A stretch of 64,000 nt of DNA from Oikopleura dioica (taxonomy: Eukaryota; Animalia; Chordata). The stretch lies in NCBI GenBank assembly GCA_907165135.1, contig OU015566.1, forward strand, positions 2,170,001-2,234,000, given 5' to 3'. The position numbers and the translations under genes were made by a program. Below the pieces are notes generated by a model. The model was not told where the DNA came from and did no database searches. It was given only the letters and a program-made list of their open reading frames with translations. Below are positions 11,400 to 23,590 of this stretch, piece after piece (the first letter of the stretch is position 1; every line of letters starts with the position of its first letter).

Positions 11400-13330
11400 T
11401 ATAGGGATAAGGTTTTACGACGATGAGACCGAATTGACGGCGGACAAAGCGGCCTGGTCAAGGTCGATTTATGACTTGCGAGCTAACGAGCGGAAAATGA
11501 TGGGATTTTGTCATGAATGATGTTCCCATTATTGTGTAGACAGCTTGACCCAATTTTGAGCTTAGCGTTTACTTTTGGAATTTTTTTATTTGGCAGTTTT
11601 AATTTAATTAAGTTTTTCTTGTGGCTCTGCTTTCGGTGATATTCCGCATTCTATCGCCGATTGCTTCAAATTCAGGTAAGCAATAGAAAAGTCATTGAGA
11701 TTCTACCTGTAGAATATTCGCGTTATCAATGCTTATGTATCCATAATCATTATTTTGTTGCATGAAAAATGATTCAGTCGCTGAGGAAGGCTCAATTTGT
11801 CGGACAGATGTTTCAGCTTGTCTTAGTTTGAGACTTGGCAGGACGCTTTCTTGCTTTTTGAACTAGAATTTGCTCCTAAGAAAATGAAAAGAAAGCTATT
11901 GTTACCATTTGAGGACGTTTTCTCTTCGGTTCGAGAATTTCTGTTGTTTCTTGATAGTCGAATGAATCAAAAATTCTCGGTTTTTCTTCTTGTTGGATAA
12001 AATTTCTTGGTTTAGCCTTGCTCTGAAGAGATTTTTAAAAGAAAAAAAATGTCTTCAAACTCACGATTTTCGATTTGAAAGCTTCTTCTTTCCGCCTATT
12101 TGCAAACCAGTTATAGACCCTTACTTCCGTCACTAAATTCGTCCCAAGACCGGCTGCATTTTCCGGACTCACGCCTCTTTTCAAGCATTCTACGCGATTA
12201 CACTCTGAGACCAAAAGCTCTCTTTCCTCTTTCGACGGATTTTTCTGCCGCTTGAAAGCATCTTGGAGAACTCGTTGACTCGCCGGACCCCATCTGAATC
12301 GATTTCGCCTTGCTTTCTCCCCCGCTCGAGGCGTTGTTCGGACAAAATCAGGCTCTAGAATATAATTCGTACCGAAAATTTTCTTCCTTGATTTTCAACC
12401 TTGGACAATTTCCCCTTCGTAGCTCACGCTTCTTTTCCCCATGGCAGAGTTTTGAAAATTGATCTCAACCGCCCTCTTCTTTTTCACATACCAGTGATAA
12501 AGCAAGCTTCTTTTCTGAAGCTTCATCGGGGTCCCCTTGTTCAAATGCTGCGATAGGTGACTTTGATTGAGTCCGGTTGCGTCCACGACTTCTCGTTGCG
12601 GAATATTGTGCGTAACCATGTATTCTTTGATCATTTTTGCGGAGATCCAGGAGTCTTCTCTAGAATTTCAATTAAAAAATCGAGCTCGAATAGTCCCTAC
12701 TTTAGCATATTGTTGACTTCGAAACTATCCACATTTTCCTCTTGCAAATCCCTGATCGTCAAGTCTTCCTTGATTGCCTCTGCCTCTGAGTCAACCTCTG
12801 AGACGCCTTGGAATTGTCGGTAATTGAAGCCCGAAGATGCGACGTTTGTGTGCTGCAGAGTTATCCAAGATTCTTCCACGTGATGGCTAGGGTGGGCAAC
12901 AACTGTTTCGGAGTCCATGAACTCGCCTGCGGGCATGTCTTTGATGAGGATCATACAATTGATGATTGGTGGGAAAGTGACTGAAATTCACTTTTATCAT
13001 ATTAAAAATCCGATTCCTGAAGACTGCGAAATCTGAATAAACGAATCTGGCGAATCTTCATACTCCGCCGCACCCATAATCCTAACTTCGGAAAGAATTT
13101 CCGAGTTGACATAATTCATCTCATCAGCTCGATACTCGGCAGGGAGCTTTTCATTCTCGACCATTTCATATTGAATTGTGGAAGAATTCTCTCTGCTCTT
13201 CTGGCCCTTGAGAGAAAATTAATATCAAAGCCTGACATAATGATTAACTCCTGGGAAATTTTCAACTCACCTCGGTCTGCGTCCCGCGCTCGCATTTTGC
13301 TCCATTTTGCAATTGCTCTTGCAAGGCTTT
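11400..13330 (-). CDS. HNF1: Hepatocyte nuclear factor 1 (HNF1) family homeobox transcription factor; ends approximate
   Basis: POU-like domain [37 protein letters not shown], then atypical homeodomain [75 protein letters not shown] (~12070-12305). Confidence 0.95.
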
Positions 13331-13648
13331 AAAGACCTGGATCTTTTGAGAGGTTTTTGATCATGAGAGAAAAAAAAAAGAAAAAAAATTTTGTCCAATT
13401 CTTACCAAAAACTGAGGGGGATCTCCTTATTATCCGCCCTTAACATTACCAATACCTTATTGGCAATAAGTAATTTGTTAAAATCTCATTCAAATTTGTA
13501 ATTCATAAATTAACAATAAAAACTCAAATTTTCAGTCACTTAAATATCAACAAATTTCTTAAGGGTATACAGGTGGAAAAAGCGATCCTCGCCTTTTTTC
13601 GCCAATCTCTCAAAAGGGGGTTAATTTTCTTTTGCATTCCAATTTATG

Positions 13649-13720
13649 AACCCTAACCCTAACCCGAACCTTAACCATAACCCTAATGAACCTTAACCCT
13701 AACGGTTAGGCCCTTACCCT
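13649..13720. repeat. Degenerate telomere-like (CCCTAA)n tract
   Basis: CCCTAACCCTAACCCGAACCTTAACCATAACCCTAATGAACCTTAACCCTAA. Confidence 0.75.
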
Positions 13721-14287
13721 TATTCTTGCTATTGAACGATATCAAAGACCTTTTCCTCAAGTCCAAATTTCCGAATTCTTTCAAGAACATCCACCAAATT
13801 ATGATTAACATCTTCAATCGGAACTGGCTGCCTCCTTCTCAGAGGATCGCTCGTCCCATTCCAGTTCATTGTTTTTTTTGTTTCTCAGGGGTTAAAGATT
13901 TAACACGAAAAAATACTGGTTAAAGTTTAAACTCTCTCTCTGTCTCTCTTTCTTGCTGCCCGTGCTTCCGAAAATATTACTCGCGGAACGCGCATTTTCA
14001 GCAAGCAAAGTGTTTGCTCTGCAACGGGCATGTGCAAACTTACGCGGCGCAGAAATGGAAAAATGTTTTATTTTTATGGTGCTCTGTTTTTGAGATTTTG
14101 AGCAAATTCGAAGAAGTACTTTGACTTCAAAAATGATTCAATAGCAATCTGTAGGCTATCGTCGACATTACCCTGTGGCAGAAAAAAATGTCCTTTTTAT
14201 TTTTTTCTGTATTATCGAGTAAAATAATAAAAACATAAAATGATAAAAATATTTCTTGATTTATTATTTTTATTTGTGCATCTTGAA

Positions 14288-16099
14288 TCATGAACTCTCA
14301 TCGATGCAAAAGTCAATTTCAACAGCAAAAAGAACAGGGATATAGTTCGAGGAATCATGAGAAGCAATGATATTCGTCTCAATAAATTGATTATCTTCAA
14401 AAATAATTCTTTCCACTGGATAATTGCCGACATTTTCAGCAGGTCTTCAGAGGGGAACGCTGATAATGTCAGGTTTTTAGCGATGAAAATTTATTATCAA
14501 GAATTTCGCTGAAAGTTCGTACCCTTCCTTCCAGACGCAATAAAAATTTCAGACTCAATTCGAATCGCAGAAGCAAGATAATAGTTCTTTATATTTTTTT
14601 ATAGATTATAATCTGTTTAATGCTTACCATTTTCATTAGCCCGATAATATCCCACGAGCCATTTTTGAGCATCCAAATATTCTTAGAAAATGAGTCCTGA
14701 GTCATATCATATCCTCCAGCAAGAATCAAAGAACCATCGTCCAAACCTGTCAATGTATGGGCATAGATATTTCTATAGATCGGTAATATAGATAAAAATG
14801 GCAAAATTACCTAGTATGATCTGGCATCGAAAACCAGCCTGTTGGATTGTAAACTTCAACCTTTTTCGTTCCAGAAGAATAGTAACTGCCTACAGTGATT
14901 GGATTTCCTTGATAAATTCCGAGTTTTCCATAAGTATGTGTATACTGAGTTGAGTGGGTCGGAGTCGCGCTTGTCAAGTCAAATATCTCACAACTCTCGA
15001 TCGGACTGTAACCCGGAAAACAAATCAGAGCTTGAAAAATATATTTTCTTTTCCAAACTTATTTCGAACCTATAGCTCCATCATCAAATGCAACCGCGGC
15101 GGAATCGTGGTAGTATCGAAAATTCAGCCGAATCGAGAGCTCGACAAAATTACAGCCATCAAGTTTACCGATCTAAAACTGTGAATCAATTAATCAACAA
15201 AATGTTGCTGACCATCTGATTATCATATGCTCCACCAAAAAGATAGAGTTCATTCTGAACAACCGCGAAAAGGGCGCGGTCAGTGAAGTCATCATCAGGA
15301 GCATTTATCGTTGGAATCGATGACTCAAGCCCATCTCCAGAAACGATGTAAGACTCGCGCAAGTTGTTTAGCAGAACAAGAAGGTTTCCATTGCTCTAGA
15401 AAAAGATAACGGCTTGTCCTTTGACGAACGAACCGGAGGATGGGTAGTAGTTGGTTCTTCAGTTGTTGTTGTGAAGTCCACGACACATGGGCAGTCCCTC
15501 AAGTTTTCAATGTATATTTCGCTGCATTTTTCGAAGCAAGGCACATCCGGTGTGCATTCTCGAGTGCAAATCGCCTTCGAAATTCATCTTTGAAAGAAGA
15601 AAAGATAGAAAAACCTGGGCTTCCAGCGCAGCTTCAAGGCATACGGTGTACTCTTCGTTACTTTGAACATCATCACATTCGTCAACGCAAATGGGATTCT
15701 CGCAATTTTCGCAACCAGACGGGCAATTTGACCCGCATGGGCAAAAAGAAGTACACGCTAGAAATCAGGTGACGAAAGGCATGAGTTTACTTGAATAGTC
15801 ATTGATACACTCGCTCTCGCAAAGAGCAGAATCGCATTCTCCCAAACACTGCAAGTACTCGAACCGGCAGATGGCGGAACATTCATTGTACAAATCCTCA
15901 TCCCTTGAAAGACTTTCGCGTTTTATTCATGAAAAGATTCTTACGGGCAACGTTCTTCCATTGATTCGATTTTCTCATTTGTGGTCAGATTCACGAAGAG
16001 CTTTGGATCGGACTTTATTCTTTCGGGAATGGTGTCTTCATATGATTTCTCTAGAAAAACGGCACTTGACGCGATCGGCAAGAAAATTAGAAGACACAT
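14288..16099 (-). CDS. Secreted Cys-rich + kelch-like beta-propeller protein (copy 1)
   Basis: Signal peptide MCLLIFLPIASSA, Cys-rich exons (CPCGSNCPSGCENCENPIC), Thr linker, and kelch-like blades (ELYLFGGAY, SLILAGGYD...NIWMLKNGSWD). Ends FCIDESS*. Confidence 0.75.
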
Positions 16100-16247
16100 G
16101 ATCTCCCGAAAAAAACTTGAGCCAGAGTCAAATGGGCGGCAGAACTTGGAACAAATAGAAAAACTTGTCTCTCAATGACATTTGCATAGAATTTTCTTCA
16201 TTTTGCAAATGTTTTTTTTTCGACAATTTTATAAAAAAATTTATTGG

Positions 16248-17672
16248 TTAACAGCAACAAATAGACAAGATTAGTGTTCTAGTTAATTTTTTTTGATTAT
16301 TTCTTTTTGTGGGGATTCGCCGTCGAATTTTAAATTGCCGTGAACATAGCTTATGTCGTTTGATGGATCGTAGCCGTCGATGACATCGATATGAAAGCCA
16401 TAACGTTGAACACTGTAGTCGGTTGTAAATGAAACAATCACATTTGACGAAGAAAAGGAAAATCGAGTTCCCTAAAAATAAATTAATGATTTCGACTAAT
16501 TTCTAGCTCTCGTTACATTGAATATTTGTCCGGTAAAAGGATAATCTCCAGAATTGTCGCTGAATGTCAGGGAGTCACAGCAACTTTCGAGATAGAACCC
16601 ATTTACTTCGAAGGTGATTCCGTCGAAAGAAGTGGTAAATTTGTTGGTGCAACTCGCATCATTTGGGTACATATTTGGGTAGTTTGGTGATCTGAATTTC
16701 ATGATACAAATCAAGGTTATTGATATCATTTATTCGCTCTCAGCTAACCGAAAAAGCTTACTAATCTCAGAAAGTTCCTTAAATTGGATTTTTTTCTGCC
16801 GCTGATTTTCGGCATTTTGAGCCAAAAAATCCCTTATCTTGGTGTCCCTTATTTTGGACTCCGACTGTAAATGATTGACGATCTTTGAAATGATGAAAAA
16901 TTATTTGTGGTCAAAGTACTTACTGAAAACTTCCAGAACTCGTAACTGAATACTCGTTATTTCCATCGCAAATTCCAACAGTATTGTAATCGATCGACCC
17001 TTGGTTGGAAAAATGTGTTGTGGTGTATCCACCGTAGCCAGAACCATAATAGTCAGGTCCACCGTAGCCAGAGCCATAATAGTCAGGTCCGCCGTAGCCT
17101 GAGCCATAATAGTCTGGTCCGCCGTAGTCACATGGGGGACCGTTTGGGCCGCCGCATGACCCAGAGGAACTGGAAAAAATATTTGAATTGGAATAATAAT
17201 TCAGTAGCTTACGGGCCATTAATAGCGACTGAAATGATTGCGACGATGATCAGAATTCCAAAAGAGATCACAGGGCAGCAAATTACCCCAAGGATGAAAT
17301 TGCGAGCGGAATTGTCCGGCTTTCTTTGTTGTGGCATGATTACTGGAGGCTGTGGTGAAGGATTTCCTGATATATTGATATTTTTTAACCGAAGCTTTTC
17401 AACTTACGTAATGATTGCTGAGAAAGAGCCGGTCGAATTGGTTGGGGAGCGGCCAGAGTTTGAGGAGCATTTTGTTGAATGTTCAAGATGACCGGTTGAG
17501 GACTTGGCGCTGGAGACGGCGTGGGTGGCGGAGCGAAAGCAGAAGCAGGTGCTGGTTGCTGAGCATAAGTTGGAGCTGGTTGTGGAGCTCCATAGCCGGG
17601 CGCACCAGTATAGGTTGCAGTCGGATAAGGCTGCTGCTGCTGACCCTGTTGTGGTACGGTATTAGGATACAT
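16248..17672 (-). CDS. Type II membrane protein: Pro/Gln-rich tail, TM helix, GGPDYYGSGY repeats, CUB domain (copy 1)
   Basis: MYPNTVPQQG..., FILGVICCPVISFGILIIVAIISVAI TM. A GT-AG intron (~17212-17170) joins in frame to SSGSCGG. CUB motifs SPNYPNMYPNDASC, FYLESCCDSL, SFTTDYSVQRYGF. Confidence 0.75.
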
Positions 17673-18136
17673 AAAGAACTGAATCTGCATCAAGGAATTT
17701 TTCAACAATATTTTCAATTCTAGAATTCTATTGCAAATTATAGCCTTCAACTTGCAAGCTGCAATCGTACAGTTTGCATTGTTAATTCAAAAATCGTTGG
17801 TCAATACATGAATCACGGAAATTCTCAATCAGACAATATCCCCTCTCAAATTTTTTCGTCTTATACCTTTCTACAGACCTTTTCATTGTTAATTTATTCA
17901 CTAGAATATATTTGAAAATGCCCTTTTTGGTCGGAAAATAAGCACTGATATTGATTAATTTCGCTTTTTTGAACGTCAATGAAATGAATGTGAATAAAAT
18001 AATGATTAATATGAAGGATGATGACGACAATTTTTGTAAAAAAATCGATTTAAGTTCATAAAAACGACAATTTTTATGGTTGAAAGCGTTTGAGAACGTA
18101 CTTTTCCATTTTCAGAAAATCGAAAAACTTGTGATA

Positions 18137-19586
18137 ATGTCCAAGATCACGTGCGGACCCGTTGTCGAGATTCAGGGAGATGAAATGACCAGAATCATTT
18201 GGGACCTGATCAAGGAGAAGCTCATAATGCCCTACATCGATTTCGGAGAGAATCTTCACTTTTACGATCTTTCCATCCAGAAAAGAGATGAAACTGATGA
18301 CCAGATCACTGTCGACTGTGCTGAAGCCATCAAAAAATACGGAGTGGGAATCAAATGCGCCACAATTACTCCTGATGAAACGAGAGTCGAGGAGTTCGGT
18401 CTCAAGGTAATATTTCATTATTGATATTCAAACAAAAAAACTATTCAGAAAATGTGGGGATCTCCTAATGGCACTATCCGAAACATCCTCGGCGGCACCG
18501 TCTTCCGTGAGCCTATTCTCTGCTCGAACGTCCCCCGACTCGTTACTAACTGGAATCACTCCATCGTCGTCGGTCGCCACGCTCATGCCGACCAGTACAA
18601 AGCCACCGATCTCGTTATTCCCAAGGCCGGAACTCTTACAATGACCTTCCAGCCAGACGATGGATCTGCCCCTATTCAACAGGTAAATTCACCATTTCAG
18701 GGACCAACTAAAACGATACCCTCTTTTAGACCATTTACAAGTACGAAGATGGTGGAGTTGCCATGGGCATGTACAACACTGACAAATCCATTCGGGATTT
18801 CGCGCGAAGTTGCATGATTTTCGCGTCTGGTCGGGGCTGGCCCCTGTATCTTTCAACCAAGAACACGATCCTCAAGACATATGATGGCAGATTCAAGGTT
18901 TTGTCGTTTTTCTATTGTTCGTTTAATAAACATCCCCCAGGACATTTTCGCCGAAGTCTACGACGCCGAGTTCAAGTCGACTTTCGAGGAAAAAGGAATT
19001 TGGTACGAGCACCGACTTATCGACGATATGGTCGCTTATGCTCTCGAATCCAGCGGTAAATTCGTCTGGGCTTGCAAAAACTACGACGGTGATGTGCAAT
19101 CCGACTCTGTCGCACAAGGTACAACACTCTTGCAAGCAGTTTCCCGTCAACTTTTCAGGTTATGGCTCCTTGGGTTTGATGACTTCCATGCTCGTCTGTC
19201 CCGACGGAAAGACTGTCGAATCCGAAGCTGCTCATGGAACTGTTACTCGACATTACAGAGCTCACCAGGCTGGAAAAGAAACCTCCACCAACCCAATCGG
19301 TAAGATTGGTCTTTTCTTTTATATTTCTATGATTCTAGCTTCGATTTTTGCCTGGACTCGAGGGCTCGAACACCGCGCAAAACTCGACAAGAACGAAGCC
19401 CTTGCCAAGTATTGCGCTACTCTTGAAAAGGTCTGCGTCACGACCATCGAGAGCGGCTTCATGACCAAGGATCTCGCCATTTGCACCAAGAACGGCGACG
19501 CGTCCAAAGTCAACAGGGCCGACTATCTCAACACTTTCGAATTCTTGGACAAGCTTGCCGAGAATCTCAAAGCTGCCATGATCTAA
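18137..19586 (+). CDS. IDH1: NADP-dependent isocitrate dehydrogenase, cytosolic type (copy 1; 6 exons)
   Basis: [84 protein letters not shown]; no mitochondrial presequence; five 40-48 nt GT-AG introns. Confidence 0.97.
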
Positions 19587-19791
19587 AAACAAAGAAAATC
19601 AATCACGAGACTGGTGCTGACTGATTCAACTTTATAAACAATTATCTTTAGGACAAGAACTTAAAAAAACGACTTCTGCAATCAACTTTTTATTATTTCT
19701 GTTAAAATTCGTCTTACGTAAACCCAATTTTATTCGCATTCACAAATCCATTCTTTCCTTCTCTATTCTAATTTAAAAAATAGCGACGGAC

Positions 19792-21540
19792 CAGAATTCC
19801 AAAAGAGATCACGGGGCAGCTAATAACCCCGACTCGGGTTGCGAGCGGAGGTATGGCATCATTATAAAGAAGGCTTCATTATAAAGAAGGCGTCATTATA
19901 AAAAAAAGCATCATTATAAACGGCTTTATAATGAAGCCTTCTTTATAATGAAGCCTTTTTTATAATGATGCTAGTTTATTTATAATGATGCAAAAAATAT
20001 TGTGAGCATAAAAGGTAAAAATTATAGAGTCTATTTAGTAAACTCTTCTTCGACCTTTGATTTATTGACTGAAATTTTTTGACTAAAACTCAGAGGTTTT
20101 TAAAGATAATGACTGTAGCTGTGTATTAATGTAATATAACGCTTTCTTTTTCTTGAATCCCTTAGATTTTCGGACTTCGAGGGCACCTGTATGCCCAAAG
20201 TATACGTGATGACCAGGAACGGTCAGACTCATCACCAAAAATTTTTGGTAATGCGTTACCAAAATACTCAAAAAAAATTTTTCTTTTTTAAAAACTTGAT
20301 TTTTTCAAAATATGTCTCAGGGATAAATTATGATATGATTATTATGAAATTATGAAATTATGATTATCCCGGATAAAGTCCAGCGGTGTAGATAAAATGA
20401 ATATCGTAAAAATAAAAGAATTATCTTTGCGGCTCTTCATTTCATTCTACATGGGGTAGGCTTCATTTCCCCAAGAGCAGGCATATAAATTCGCTTGGCG
20501 ATTTTCGCCAAAAGCGAAAGCGAATCGAAAATTTCGCCTTCGCCCCCCGAAAATCACACTTCTGATGTTCGCTTTGCTTTCGCTTTTTGTCCCCGATTTT
20601 CGCGAAAATTCCCCGTCGCTTAGGCCTCGCTTTCGCCAAATTTTCGGTTCTGGCGAATCTTTGCCAAAATTAAAAAAAAGTACCAAATCTCCTCAAAAAG
20701 TCAAATTTTGGTGAACCCAAAGAGTGCCTATGCGCTTCGTGCCTGCCTTGAAGGAAACTTTGGGAGTGATTCAGTAATAATTTCACGGAAAAAAATTCTG
20801 GTCAAAAACCTTTGATTTGGAAAATCAAAAATTGCTATTCGAATACCAGAAAATTTTTGTTATACGAATCGAGCGTCCCCGCAAAAAGCGGTCTGCAGCG
20901 GACCGTCTGCTCAGCTTAGCTCAGCTCAATTACCTAAAGAAAATGGATAGCCCAGCTGATCTCAACTAATTTACCTTAAAGGAAAATTGAAAAAGATCAG
21001 CTCAGCTCAGCTCTGCTCAATGAGTCATTGACAATGACTTCTGAAAAAGGCCCGCTCAGCTCAGCAGAAATTTAGCAAAATTTGCAACTCTGATTGTAAG
21101 ACTATTTTCCGATGCTAGAGTTGAATCTCGCATCAAAAAGTAATGACTTCATTTCTCCTGTTTATTATGTCGAATCGACAATTTTTAATTAAAATAAAAG
21201 GGCTTTTTTCAGCAAAAATTTTCCCAAAAAAAAATTTTGTCCGCGATCTAAGAATTTTTTTTTTCTTATTTACCCTCTCGTTTTGATGTTTTTACCCTCA
21301 CAATATTTTAATATCATCATTATAAATAAACTAGCATCATTATAAAAAAGGCTTCATTATAAAGAAGGCTTCATTATAAAGCCGTTTATAATGATGCTTT
21401 TTTTATAATGAAGCCTCTTTATAATGAAGCCTTCTTTATAATGATGCCATACCCGAGCGGAATTGTCCGGCTTTCTTTGTTGTGGCATGATAACTTGAGG
21501 CTGTGGTGAAGGATTTTTGAAACAATATTGTCAATTCTAG
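19792..21540 (-). pseudogene. Deleted, TE-interrupted paralog fragment of the 16248-17672 gene
   Basis: 19792-19849 and 21454-21540 match 17251-17360 and 17695-17740 once the inserted element is removed. Confidence 0.7.
19850..21453. mobile_element. Non-autonomous DNA transposon with ~140-bp TIRs and an 8-bp TSD (copy 1)
   Basis: Termini GGTATGGCATCATTATAAAG.../...CTTTATAATGATGCCATACC; TSD CGAGCGGA at 19842-19849 and 21454-21461. Confidence 0.9.
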
Positions 21541-22260
21541 AAATCAATTGCTTATTTTAGCTTTTAACCTACCAACAAAGCTACAAGCAAACGTAAAAGC
21601 TTCAATCTAACTTCAATTATCAAGCTCATCAGGGTTTATTTTTATCAATCGTCATGGTACGACAAATTTACGGTATGCTTGATTCCATATCGCTTGCTTG
21701 GATCAGTCAATTATTTTGACATCAAACTAGCCCGCAAGATACAACGACAGCTTTCCTGGACCACGTAGTAGCTGCAAATAAATTGAACTTTGCTGACTTG
21801 AAATTGTTGTTGGTATCAGTTACTGGTTTCTTACAAGCCTAAATATTATATTATGAAGATATTTTATCACGATTTTAAGCTAAAACTATCTTTTTGCCCT
21901 TATGGCAGGAAAACGACCTTAGAAAGTAAAAAGAGTCGAATTAATGTAGCGCTTTAGAAATAAGCTGGAAGCGAGAAGAGTTTAGAAACTTTGGTTTTCA
22001 AGCAAAGGATTCATGGAGAAAAGCTAGTTAATTTGGGCAGCAAAGTCAATTTAATTGTGTTTTGGTCCTGACGTTGTTGATGACGCCAAGTCGACGTGCT
22101 TTTGGTGTTGGAGCGAGGCTCCACCTAGATAGTGCGTATTTAATCGCGAGCGAAATTCGAATTAGTTACTTCCAGAGAGAAAGAGAATTTTCGATATGAA
22201 GGTACACTTTTACCGTAGTCTGTGGTAATTCGTCGGGGTCGCCCCGACAAATGAAATATG

Positions 22261-23487
22261 AAATAACAGTCATTCGTCGGGGTCGACCCCGACAGATTGA
22301 AGACCAAAAATACACCAATTCGTCGGGGTCGAACAATTGAATACGACGAATCAGTCTTCACTCAAACACCAATTCGTCGGGGTCATTCCTTGCTATGACG
22401 CAATCCCTATCGTCAGCCTTAACCCCTGCCCGCATGAAAAATTTGTCACCCCTGCCCGCATATCGACCTACGCGTAGGTCGGGCCTTTTTGGGGTCTTTT
22501 AGTCGGGATAAAATTTTCCAAAGGACATGGATGGAATGATTAAAGGCTGAGCTTTCTCCTGGACATGATCAAATGTCAAATGTCAGATGTCAAATGTCAA
22601 CAAATGTCATCTTTTCAAAAGTACTCATTTTTGATAAAAGAATAAGTCGTCAGCGCTCCAAATCTCGTCCAAAATAAATTCAAATATTTTCATGCAGTCA
22701 TAAATACAGTAAAATAGAATAGAATTAGAATTCCGAACTTTTATTATCAACTGAGCATTAATTTGATCAAATAGATCTTGCCGAGAAGAGTTGAATCAAA
22801 GTTGGGTTTTGTCATGTTGACCCGAGATCAAAATTTCGCTCAATTGCTAAAATCTTAAATCTTTGAATAAATTTTATCTTGACCTCAGATCCTGATTCTC
22901 CATTAAAAAGTAGCCCGATATGTGGGGGTCAGCTTTATAGAAAATATTTACCAATCGCGAGATAATCGCGTTTAAAAGTCAATTTACCTATGCGTAGGTC
23001 GATATGCGGGCAGGGGTTAATACGAAAGAGAAAATTCCTCTTCTCGGAATGTCAAAAAGGGTTACACTATATATTCTTTACTGCTGCCAAAGTAAAACTG
23101 ATTTTAGCTAAAAGTACTTTCTATAATTTTAGGTTAGGGTTAGGGGGCACTGGGCAAAATGACAGAACAAACTCGCCCGAGGGGGATAGGCTAGGGTTAG
23201 TTAGGGTTACTGAAGGTAACCCTAAGTAACCCTAGACTAGACCCCGGCATTTTAGGACCTAGGGGGCGGAGCCCCCAGGTAAGGGATACTTAGATTCTAT
23301 AATTTCCTGCCAAATAGTAGGGCGCTAGGACTCTTCGACCTTTTTCAATGATTTTTAAAATAAAACCCGGCGAATCACTGCTTAGAAATACTCATATTTG
23401 TCGTATTTCAATTGTTTGACCCCGACGAATTGGTGTATTTTTGATCTTCAATGTGTCGGGATCGATCCCGACGAATGACTGTTATTT
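22261..23487. mobile_element. Inverted-repeat element (~87-bp arms) containing nested insertions (copy 1)
   Basis: 22261-22347 is the reverse complement of 23400-23487 (ATTCGTCGGGGTCG subrepeats). Confidence 0.75.
22423..23016. mobile_element. piggyBac-type MITE (TTAA TSD, CCCC...GGGG termini) (copy 1)
   Basis: TTAA-CCCCTGCCCGCAT... and ...CCTATGCGTAGGTCGATATGCGGGCAGGGG-TTAA; the start of the left TIR is internally duplicated. Confidence 0.85.
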
Positions 23488-23590
23488 ACATGATTTACGG
23501 TTTTCGTATTTTATTATTATAAAAAAGATAAAATTAATCATTTTCGATTTTGATAAGAATTTTCATTAAAAATAATTTATCATATTTCAG

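Noticed and set aside
19850-19991. Regular ~17-bp repeats resembling a CRISPR or binding-site array
   Set aside because: No unique spacers, eukaryotic context, and the units are TIR subrepeats mirrored at 21315-21453
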